DNA of 24,000 nt from Chitinimonas sp. (lineage in GTDB: Bacteria; Pseudomonadota; Gammaproteobacteria; Burkholderiales; Chitinimonadaceae), in NCBI RefSeq assembly GCF_036568685.1, contig NZ_DATCSC010000130.1, positions 12,565 through 36,564 on the forward strand, given 5' to 3'. The translations under genes and the position numbers were made by a program. The notes below the pieces were generated by a model. That model was not told the origin of the DNA. It was given only the letters and a program-made list of their open reading frames with translations, and searched no databases. Positions 13,729-21,136 of the stretch are shown piece by piece; the stretch's first letter is position 1, and each line of letters starts with the position of its first letter.

Positions 13729-15398
13729 TTGCCCTCCTCGCTCGGCACGACCGCCGGTACCACGGGAGGCATGGCCGGCGGCGGTGCCGGCTCGTTCGGC
13801 CGGCCGCGTATCAAGGCCTCAGGATGGCGGCCCAGCATGTCGGTCAGCGTGCGCAGCGAGCGGGCGCTGCGTTGCAGCTCCTGCAGGGTCTGGCCCAGGT
13901 TCTGCTGCAGCGGCGCATCCTCACCCAAGGCACCATTGGCGGTATGGAAGGTACGCTGTGCCTCCTGCAAGGTATGGGTGGCTTGCGGCAGCACCTGGCC
14001 ATTGAGCTGCTTGAGGGTCTTGTCGAGCTCCTGTAGATCGCCATCGAGGTGCTGGCCCAGCGCATCGAAGGGAATGCGGTCTATCTTGCCGGCGATGCTG
14101 GCAAGCTGCGACTGCAGCTGCTCCAGGCTGCTGCGCACCGTGGGCAGTACCAGTGGCTGGGCCTTGGGATCGAAATCGGCCTTGGGCGCATCGGGGATAA
14201 AATCCATGGCCACATAAAGCTGGCCGGAGAGCAGATTGCCCGGCCGTACCTGGGCCCGCAGGCCACGTGCCACCATGCCGGCCATGAACTGCGCGGTCTG
14301 CGCGGGGCTATCGCCATGGCGAGCCACCACCTTGTCGTGCGCCGCGCCCAGCCGGCTGGGGTAGACCCGGACGTCCACCACCACCGGGAAGCGATGCTTG
14401 TCCGGGTCGTAGTCCACCCGCACGCCGGTCACCTGGCCCACATTGATGCCCATGAACTCCACCACCGCATCGGGCGCCAGGCCGTGCAGGGACTGGTCAA
14501 AGCGCATGCGCAGGTCGAGCGGCGGGCCATCCAGCCGGGCCAGGGCGGTGCGCTCGTCGCGTGCCAGCACAAAACGGGTCTGGTCGTTCGCCGGCGCAGC
14601 CTCGCGCTCGCTTGGCGTGGAGAAGGCCACCCCGCCGGCCAGCACGGTGGCCACTGACTGGGCATTGAACTTGAAGCCGTCGGTACTGAGCGAGACATCC
14701 AACCCGCTGGCATTCCAGAAGCGGGTCGCCTGGTTCACCAATTTGTCGTGCGGGGCGTAGACAAAGACCTGCAGGGTCACGCCCTTGCCATCTTCATCGA
14801 GCTGGTAGGAAGCCACCTGCCCAACCGGAATGCGGCGGTAGTAGACCGGCGAGCCGATATCGAGCGAGCCGATATCCTCGGCATGCAGCACAAAGGCTCT
14901 GCCCGGCGTGCCGCGCAGCACCGTGGGTGGGCTCTCCAGACCGGTGAAGTTGCGGGTTGCCTCGCCCTTGTCGCCGGAATCCGCCTCGATATAGGCGCCC
15001 GAGAGCACCGTCTCCACCCCGGAAATACCGCCCACGCCGATGCGCGGCCGTACCACCCAGAAGCGGGTATCGGAGCGGGCCAGGTCCTCGGCCTCCTTGT
15101 TCAGCGCCACGGTCACCAGCACCTGGGCATGGTCCGGGCTCAGCCGTAGCCCCTGCACATGGCCAACCACCACGTTCTTGTACTTCACCGCCGTCTTACC
15201 GGCCTCCAAGCCCACCGCGCTCTGGAAGCTGATAGTGACCTTGGGCCCGGCCGAGAGCCAGGTATGGACCAGCATCGAGACGCCGACCAGGCCGGCGATC
15301 AAGGGCACCAGCCAGACCGGCGAGAGGTGCCAGCCGCGCCGTCCCAGGCGGCGCTGCGGCGGGGGGATATCTAGGTGTGGATCAGGTGTGTCGCTCAT
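13725..15398 (-). CDS. pqiB: PqiB-family multi-MCE-domain intermembrane transport protein
   Basis: 557 aa. It has an N-terminal TM (VWLVPLIAGLVGVSMLV), then repeated MCE units (GLEAGKTAVKYKNVVVGHVQGL; IGSPVYYRRIPVGQVASY; GINVGQVTGVRVDY) and a C-terminal coiled-coil region. Confidence 0.9.
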   Translation of the reverse strand: MSDTPDPHLDIPPPQRRLGRRGWHLSPVWLVPLIAGLVGVSMLVHTWLSAGPKVTISFQSAVGLEAGKTAVKYKNVVVGHVQGLRLSPDHAQVLVTVALNKEAEDLARSDTRFWVVRPRIGVGGISGVETVLSGAYIEADSGDKGEATRNFTGLESPPTVLRGTPGRAFVLHAEDIGSLDIGSPVYYRRIPVGQVASYQLDEDGKGVTLQVFVYAPHDKLVNQATRFWNASGLDVSLSTDGFKFNAQSVATVLAGGVAFSTPSEREAAPANDQTRFVLARDERTALARLDGPPLDLRMRFDQSLHGLAPDAVVEFMGINVGQVTGVRVDYDPDKHRFPVVVDVRVYPSRLGAAHDKVVARHGDSPAQTAQFMAGMVARGLRAQVRPGNLLSGQLYVAMDFIPDAPKADFDPKAQPLVLPTVRSSLEQLQSQLASIAGKIDRIPFDALGQHLDGDLQELDKTLKQLNGQVLPQATHTLQEAQRTFHTANGALGEDAPLQQNLGQTLQELQRSARSLRTLTDMLGRHPEALIRGRPNEPAPPPAMPPVVPAVVPSEEGK

Positions 15399-16020
15399 CG
15401 GGTGTCTCGCCGTCCCAGATCAGGCGGGGATCAAAACTCAAAGTGGATAGCATGGTGAAGATCACCACCAGGCCAAAGAACAGGATGCCGACCCGTGGTT
15501 CGGCATAGCTCAGGCTCTTGAACTGTACCAGCGCCGCCACCAGGGCGACGACCAGCACGTCCAGCATGGACCAGTAGCCGATCAGCTCCACCAGCCGGTA
15601 TAGCCGCGCCCGCTCCACCATGGCCCAGGTGCTGCGGCGCTGGCCGGTATAGAGCAAGAGGCTCATGGCCAGGAACTTGGTACACGGCACAGCCACGCTG
15701 GCGACAAAGATCAGGAGCGCAATATCCCAGGCACCGTCGTGCCAGAATTCCAGCACCCCGCTCAGGATGGTGCTCTCGTTGCCACGGCCAAAGCGGCTGG
15801 TATACATCACCGGCAGGAGGTTGGCGGGCAGGTAGCAGATCATGCCCGCCAGCAGGAAGGCGGCGGCGCGGCCGACACTATTGGGCCGGCGGCGGCACAG
15901 TGCGGAATGGCAGCGCGGACAGCTCAGGTTGTCGCAGGCGGCTTCTTCATCGGCGCAGACCATGCCGCAGGCCATGCAGCTCACCACACCAAGGTTGCGG
16001 GCATAGGGCGCGCCGCTCAT
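15382..16020 (-). CDS. pqiA: PqiA-family membrane protein, second half-size paralogue
   Basis: 212 aa. It has Cys pairs CMACG...CPRCH followed by TM helices. Its ATG at 16020 overlaps the stop of the upstream pqiA-like gene (ATGA), and its stop overlaps the pqiB start by 17 nt. Confidence 0.85.
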   Translation of the reverse strand: MSGAPYARNLGVVSCMACGMVCADEEAACDNLSCPRCHSALCRRRPNSVGRAAAFLLAGMICYLPANLLPVMYTSRFGRGNESTILSGVLEFWHDGAWDIALLIFVASVAVPCTKFLAMSLLLYTGQRRSTWAMVERARLYRLVELIGYWSMLDVLVVALVAALVQFKSLSYAEPRVGILFFGLVVIFTMLSTLSFDPRLIWDGETPDERHT

Positions 16021-16679
16021 GGTTGCGGCGCCTGACCGGCCGCGGTGCCGACCTCGGCACCGGCCTCCGAACCGATCTCCCATAGCCAGTGGGTGTCGCG
16101 GTTGGCGATCACCACCAGGAGCAGGGTCAGCGCCGCCATGGCCCAGATGCCCACCCCGGTCACCACCGAGAGGTAGCTCGACAACTTGACCAGGGCCACC
16201 AGCGTACCCACCAGGCAAACCTCGACCATGCTCCAGGGTCGCAAGGCATTGAGCGCCCGCATGGCACTGGCAAAGCCCGGCGCGCGGCGGCCGAGACGGG
16301 CGAACAGCAGCACCCAGCCCAGCAGTGCCAGTTGCAAAAAGGGCACCACGATCACCGTCAACACCGCCGGCACTGCGATGGGGGCGGCATCGCCCTGCGC
16401 CAGCGCCATGGCAGCCTGCCATAGCGTCGTCTCGCCATGCAGGCCGCGCAGGCTGATCTCGATCACCGGGTAGACATTGGCCAGCACGAAGGCAATGGCG
16501 GCCGTCAAGGTCAGCGCCAGCCATTGGTCCAGATTGAGCCGTTCGGCCCGATACAGTACCGCCTGGCAGGCCTCGCAGCGGGCTACCTCGCGTGGCCCCA
16601 GCGGCACGCGGCGGTAGACTCGGTCGCAGTGCTCGCAGGCAATCAGATGGGGAAAGGTACGTGCTTGGGCTTGGCTCAT
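16017..16679 (-). CDS. pqiA: PqiA-family membrane protein, first half-size paralogue
   Basis: 220 aa. It has Cys pairs CEHCD...CEACQ followed by TM helices, which corresponds to one repeat of the two-repeat E. coli PqiA. Confidence 0.85.
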   Translation of the reverse strand: MSQAQARTFPHLIACEHCDRVYRRVPLGPREVARCEACQAVLYRAERLNLDQWLALTLTAAIAFVLANVYPVIEISLRGLHGETTLWQAAMALAQGDAAPIAVPAVLTVIVVPFLQLALLGWVLLFARLGRRAPGFASAMRALNALRPWSMVEVCLVGTLVALVKLSSYLSVVTGVGIWAMAALTLLLVVIANRDTHWLWEIGSEAGAEVGTAAGQAPQP

Positions 16680-16850
16680 GATGGATCTGGGTGGCGCTCA
16701 GCTGGATAGTAGGGCAGCCGCGGCGCGGCTGCATCATCTACGCACCGTTTCCGCATGCCGGTGTCGCAGAGCGGTGTGCCGCCGTACAATCGGCGGGCCA
16801 TGCGTGCCGGCCTTGTATCGCGCCGCACCCGCCGCCACCAGGAGCCAGAA

Positions 16851-18749
16851 TTGGGATCGAAAACCCTCACCGCCGCCACCAACCAGCTCGGCAAGCTCGT
16901 CGGCACCGCCATCGTCCTGGCCCTGCTCTACCTGGGTCGCGACGTACTCATCCCCATCACCCTGGCCGTCATCCTCAGCCTCCTGGTCGCGCCGCTGGTG
17001 CGCAGGTTGCGCCGGCTGGGGCTGGGGCATACCGGCTCGGTCACCGTCTCGGTGGTGCTGCTCACGCTCGGCATCGGCCTGGTGGGCGTAGGCCTGGGCA
17101 GCCAGATCGTCCGCATGGGTGCCAGCCTGCCGCAGTACGAAGACACCATACGCAGCAAGCTGCAGACCCTGGACGAACTCACCCTGGGCAAGCTTGGCGC
17201 CATCACCGGCCAGGCCGACCGGCTGGTCGGCAAGCTCTCGCACGGCAGCACGGCAGCCCCTAGCGAGGTTGGCGCCGAACTGGCCGACAGCCCGGCCAGC
17301 CAACCCATCCCGGTCGAAGTACACGAACCCGAGCCCAAGCCCATCGAGCTGGTGAGCCGGGTGGCGGCCTCGGTACTTGGCCCCTTGGAGACGGCCGGTG
17401 TGGTATTCATCGTGCTGGTCTTCGTCCTGCTGGAACACGAGGCCCTGCGCGACCGCTTTATCCGCCTCATAGGCGGTGGCAATCTGCGTGCCACCACCCT
17501 GGCGGTCAACGACGCCGGCGAGCGCTTGTCGCGCTTCTTTGTCTCGCAGTTCGCGGTCAATGTGCTGGTAGGCCTCCTGCTCTGGGCGGGCCTGGCGCTG
17601 GCTGGCCTGCCGCAAGCCCTGCTGTGGGGTACCACCGCCGCCCTCTTGCGCTTCGTGCCCTATGTGGGCATCTGGATCGCTGCAATCTGCGCCACGCTTC
17701 TGGCTGCGGCCGTGTCACCCGGCTGGGGCCTGGCGATTGCCACCATCGCCCTCTTCTTCGTCATCGAGTTCGTCATTGCCCAGGTGGTGGAACCGCAGCT
17801 CTACGGCCATACCACCGGGCTCTCGCCACTCTCGGTGGTGGTGGCGGCCATATTCTGGAGCTGGATCTGGGGCCCGGTCGGGCTCCTGCTCTCCACGCCG
17901 CTCACGCTTTGCCTGGTGGTGGCCGGCCGCTATATCCCCGCGCTCAACTTCCTGGAGGTGCTGCTGGGCGAGGTACCGGCGCTCACCATGCAGGAGAGCT
18001 TCTACCAGCGCGCACTATCGGGCGATGCCGAAGAGATCATCGACGCCGCACGGCGCTTTCTCAAGCGCAAGCCGCTGGCCGCCTATTGCGACGAAGTCCT
18101 GATCCCGGCCATGCATATTGCCCGCGAAGACTTTGTGGAAGAGGCCATCAGCCGCGAGGAACAGCTCAAGGTCGGCAGCGCCATCGCCGCCGTGCTGATC
18201 GCCCTGGAAGGCCCCAGCCCCTGGTGGCGACGCGGCACACGCATCTCGGTACTGGACGACATGACCCTGGGCCGCCAACTGCGCGCCCGGCGCGAGCAGC
18301 AGGTCGGCCAGTGGCAGGGCTCGCTGGATGTGCCGCCCGGCTCGGTGGTGCTCGCCATCGGCGTAGGCAACCGCTTTGACGAGCTGGCCGCCGAGCTGAT
18401 GGTGCGCGTGCTGCGCGCCCAGCAGGTGGATGCCCGCCACATCTCGCTGGAGGACCTGGCCGCACCGCCGGCCGAGAGTGACAAGCCCGAGCTGATCTCC
18501 ACGGTCTTCCTGGTCAGCGTGGACCCGACAGCCGACCGCGAACGGCTGGCGACCACCGCCGCCAACCTGCACGGCCGCGCCAATGGCATACGCGTGGTCA
18601 TGCTCTACCTGCTGCCCGGCTTTGGACCACAGGCTGAGCGCCCTGCAGCACTCGCGGCGGCGGACCAGACGCTCTATTCCTGCGAGGCAGCCGTACAGCT
18701 CTGCCGACCTGCAGTGGAGGCCGCACCGGCCGCCACCACACCGCAATGA
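16851..18749 (+). CDS. AI-2E (PerM/UPF0118) family transporter with a long C-terminal cytoplasmic extension
   Basis: The family-typical N-terminus is LIPITLAVILSLLVAPLVRRLRRLG, and the conserved C-terminal core is VEPQLYGHTTGLSPLSVVVAAIFWSWIWGPVGLLLSTPLT. About 265 further residues follow. The start is taken at TTG 16851, with AGGAG at 16840-16844 (6-nt spacing). In-frame ATGs at 16755 (ORF track) and 16800 lack an SD and would sit at or upstream of a TACAAT -10-like hexamer at 16785-16790. Confidence 0.85.
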   Translation: MGSKTLTAATNQLGKLVGTAIVLALLYLGRDVLIPITLAVILSLLVAPLVRRLRRLGLGHTGSVTVSVVLLTLGIGLVGVGLGSQIVRMGASLPQYEDTIRSKLQTLDELTLGKLGAITGQADRLVGKLSHGSTAAPSEVGAELADSPASQPIPVEVHEPEPKPIELVSRVAASVLGPLETAGVVFIVLVFVLLEHEALRDRFIRLIGGGNLRATTLAVNDAGERLSRFFVSQFAVNVLVGLLLWAGLALAGLPQALLWGTTAALLRFVPYVGIWIAAICATLLAAAVSPGWGLAIATIALFFVIEFVIAQVVEPQLYGHTTGLSPLSVVVAAIFWSWIWGPVGLLLSTPLTLCLVVAGRYIPALNFLEVLLGEVPALTMQESFYQRALSGDAEEIIDAARRFLKRKPLAAYCDEVLIPAMHIAREDFVEEAISREEQLKVGSAIAAVLIALEGPSPWWRRGTRISVLDDMTLGRQLRARREQQVGQWQGSLDVPPGSVVLAIGVGNRFDELAAELMVRVLRAQQVDARHISLEDLAAPPAESDKPELISTVFLVSVDPTADRERLATTAANLHGRANGIRVVMLYLLPGFGPQAERPAALAAADQTLYSCEAAVQLCRPAVEAAPAATTPQ

Positions 18750-18760
18750 GGCGCTGAACC

Positions 18761-19621
18761 ATGCTCACTCCCGTCCTCGCTACCCTGCTCGCCACCACAC
18801 CAGCTCAGGCCCTGGACCTGGCCGCCCTTTGGGACTTCAACCAACCGGCACAGAGCGAGCAGCGCCTACGCGCCGCCCTGGCCGGTGCCACCCCGGACCA
18901 GGCGCTGATCCTGCAAACGCAGATCGCCCGCAGCTACGGCCTGCGCCAGGACTTCGAGCAGGCCCGTGCGATCCTGACGCCGCTCGCCGCGCAGCTACCC
19001 ACGGCCAGTGCCGAGGTCAAGACACGCTATGCGCTGGAGCTGGGGCGAACCTATGCCTCTGCCACCCACCCGCCCGCTACGCAAACGACGCAAGCCAAGG
19101 CGCGGGCCGGCGAGCTGTACCGGCAAGCACTGGCCGAGGCGCGCAAGGGTGGCCTGGACGACCTCGCCATCGACGCCCTGCATATGCTGGCCTTTGTCGA
19201 TACCGCCCCCGCCGACCAGCTCCATTGGGCCGATGAAGCGCTGGCAATTGCCACCACCTCCAGCCAGCCCAAGGCCCAGAAGTGGGCTGCCTCGCTGCGC
19301 AACAACAAGGGCTATGCCCTGCACCAGCTAGGTCGTTACGAGGAGGCCCTGGTCGAATTCCAGGCGGCGCTCACCTTGCGCGAGCAAGGCGACAACGCGG
19401 GCGCTAAACGCATCGCGCGCTGGATGGTGGCCTGGACCCTGCGGGCGCTCAAACGCGATGACGAGGCCCTGGCCATGCAGTTGCAGCTGGAAAAAGACTG
19501 TGCCGCGGCGGGCGAGCCCGACCCCGAGGTCTATACCGAGCTGGCCCTGCTCTACGAAGCACGGGGCGATGCCGACAAGGCCCAGCACTACCGTGAGCTG
19601 AAAGAGCGCACGCCCGACTGA
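18761..19621 (+). CDS. TPR-repeat protein, possibly exported
   Basis: ATG lies 11 nt after the transporter stop, with GAGG overlapping that stop. The N-terminus MLTPVLATLLATTPAQA/LD is signal-like but has no basic n-region. TPR-like helical repeats include NNKGYALHQLGRYEEALVEFQAALTL and YTELALLYEARGDADKAQHY. Confidence 0.7.
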   Translation: MLTPVLATLLATTPAQALDLAALWDFNQPAQSEQRLRAALAGATPDQALILQTQIARSYGLRQDFEQARAILTPLAAQLPTASAEVKTRYALELGRTYASATHPPATQTTQAKARAGELYRQALAEARKGGLDDLAIDALHMLAFVDTAPADQLHWADEALAIATTSSQPKAQKWAASLRNNKGYALHQLGRYEEALVEFQAALTLREQGDNAGAKRIARWMVAWTLRALKRDDEALAMQLQLEKDCAAAGEPDPEVYTELALLYEARGDADKAQHYRELKERTPD

Positions 19622-19698
19622 GCGCCTACGACCGGATTGGACAAACAGGTCCGCTTCGGCATATTTATTGGCCCAACGCCAACAATCGCAGAGCCGCC

Positions 19699-20595
19699 AT
19701 GGACCGCTACCAAGCCATGCAGGTGTTCACCCGCATCGTCGAACTCGGCAGCTTTACCCGCGCCGCGGACGACCTGAACCTGCCGCGCGCCACGGTCACC
19801 TACACCATCAAGCAGCTGGAGGCGCGCCTGGGGGTGCGGCTGTTGCAGCGGACCACCCGTACCGTCAGCACCACGCTCGACGGCGAGGCCTACTACCAGC
19901 GCTGCGTGCGCCTGCTCGCGGATCTGGAAGAGGCCGAATCGGTCTTCAGCGAGGTGGCCGCCAACCCCAAGGGCAAGCTGCGGCTGGACCTGCAGCCTAC
20001 CCTCGCCAACCACTACATCATCCCGCGCCTGCCCGATTTCTACGCCCGCTACCCGCGCATGGAGCTTGATATCGGCATGGGCGACCGCAATGTGGACCTG
20101 ATACGCGAGGGTGTGGACTGCGTGCTGCGGGCGGGCGAATTGCGCGATTCCAGCATGGTGGGCAAGCGCATTGCCAGCCTGGGGCAAGTCACCGTGGCCA
20201 GCCGCGACTACCTGGCCCGCCATGGCGAGCCCAAGAGCCTGGACGACCTCAAGGCGCACAGCGCGGTCAACTACTTCTCCACCGTCACCGGCAAGGCCTT
20301 CCCCTTCGAATTCCTGGTCGATGGCGTGAACAAACTGGTGCTCATGAAGGGCAGCACGGCGGTCAACAATGCCGACGCCTACGCCCGCTGCTGCCTGGCC
20401 GGCCTGGGCTTGATCCAGGTGCCCCGCTACCATGTAGCGGCACAGCTGGCGTCGGGCGAGCTAGGCGAAGTACTTGCCCAGTGGCGCCCCGCCCCCATGC
20501 CGGTCTCGATACTCTACCCCCACCACCGCCAGCTCTCGCCACGGGTACGGGTGTTTGTGGATTGGGTGGCGGAGGTGTTCCGCGACGTGAAGTGA
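19699..20595 (+). CDS. LysR-family transcriptional regulator
   Basis: The wHTH is MDRYQAMQVFTRIVELGSFTRAADDLNLPRATVTYTIKQLEARLGVRLLQRTTR. The C-terminus ...PHHRQLSPRVRVFVDWV is typical of this LysR subgroup. 298 aa. Confidence 0.9.
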   Translation: MDRYQAMQVFTRIVELGSFTRAADDLNLPRATVTYTIKQLEARLGVRLLQRTTRTVSTTLDGEAYYQRCVRLLADLEEAESVFSEVAANPKGKLRLDLQPTLANHYIIPRLPDFYARYPRMELDIGMGDRNVDLIREGVDCVLRAGELRDSSMVGKRIASLGQVTVASRDYLARHGEPKSLDDLKAHSAVNYFSTVTGKAFPFEFLVDGVNKLVLMKGSTAVNNADAYARCCLAGLGLIQVPRYHVAAQLASGELGEVLAQWRPAPMPVSILYPHHRQLSPRVRVFVDWVAEVFRDVK

Positions 20596-20630
20596 TGTGC
20601 CTCAGCAGCAGGCGTGCCGCTTTTTATCAA

Positions 20631-20948
20631 ATGCCCATCCAAAACATGCTCAAAACTACAGCTCAGCTTTGCGCCTTACTGGCACTGATCAATCTGGTGC
20701 TGTGCTTCGTCGTGCCTTGGGTGCCTCACAATCTGTGGTGGCTCTCCGTGACATTTGCATCATCGGCATTCCTGCTGGCGGTCACCTACTTCTATCGATA
20801 TGAGAGCCGTATTCATACAGCTGGCGGCTGGGTCTACAAGGACAAGCAGCCGGTAGCGTATTTCATCTCACACCTGCTCCTCTGGATCTTCGGCTCCGGT
20901 TTTTTTCTCGCATCCCTACTCGCTCTCATTGACCCAAATCAGCGGTAA
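20631..20948 (+). CDS. Small low-GC hypothetical membrane protein (105 aa, about 3 TM)
   Basis: Three hydrophobic segments are present: LCALLALINLVLCFVVPWV, LWWLSVTFASSAFLLAVTYFY and FISHLLLWIFGSGFFLASLLALI. There is no convincing SD. An alternative ATG at 20595 overlaps the LysR stop (TGATG). G+C is clearly lower than in the flanking genes. Confidence 0.45.
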   Translation: MPIQNMLKTTAQLCALLALINLVLCFVVPWVPHNLWWLSVTFASSAFLLAVTYFYRYESRIHTAGGWVYKDKQPVAYFISHLLLWIFGSGFFLASLLALIDPNQR

Positions 20949-21013
20949 TCCGTAGGGCATTGCGCCACAGACGACGTAGAGCCAACACCGCCATTTGAGA
21001 GTCCTTTGCCGTG

Positions 21014-21047
21014 TAGGGCGGAAAAGCGCAGCGCCTTCCGCCACCCT
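21014..21047. repeat. REP-like extragenic palindromic hairpin
   Basis: In TAGGGCGGAAAAGCGCAGCGCCTTCCGCCACCCT, the 7-bp stem GGCGGAA (21017-21023) pairs with TTCCGCC (21036-21042), flanked by AGGG/CCCT. It resembles the GTAGG...GCGCAGCGC... extragenic palindromes scattered in many proteobacterial genomes. Only one copy is in this window, so repetitiveness is unverified. Confidence 0.4.
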
Positions 21048-21136
21048 GGCTGTCTGATAGCCCCCCTTCGGAACCGCTCCCGATTCTCATCAGTCTCGAC
21101 CGAAGCACGAAACCCGGCCGTTCCTGAACTCAGCGA

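Noticed and set aside
16021-16737. The 451-aa ORF at 15382-16737, which would merge the pqiA region into one large protein.
   Set aside because: Upstream of the ATG at 16020 this frame is out of frame with the real first pqiA-like gene (16017-16679) and translates to Arg/Gly/Pro-rich sequence. The two half-size PqiA genes, each with Cys pairs and TM helices and joined by ATGA, explain the region.
20926-21108. 60-aa minus-strand ORF in the gap between the small membrane ORF and the OMF gene.
   Set aside because: It is essentially the translation of the REP-like palindrome (...GGRRCAFPPYT...). It has no SD or coding bias and overlaps the end of the plus-strand ORF.
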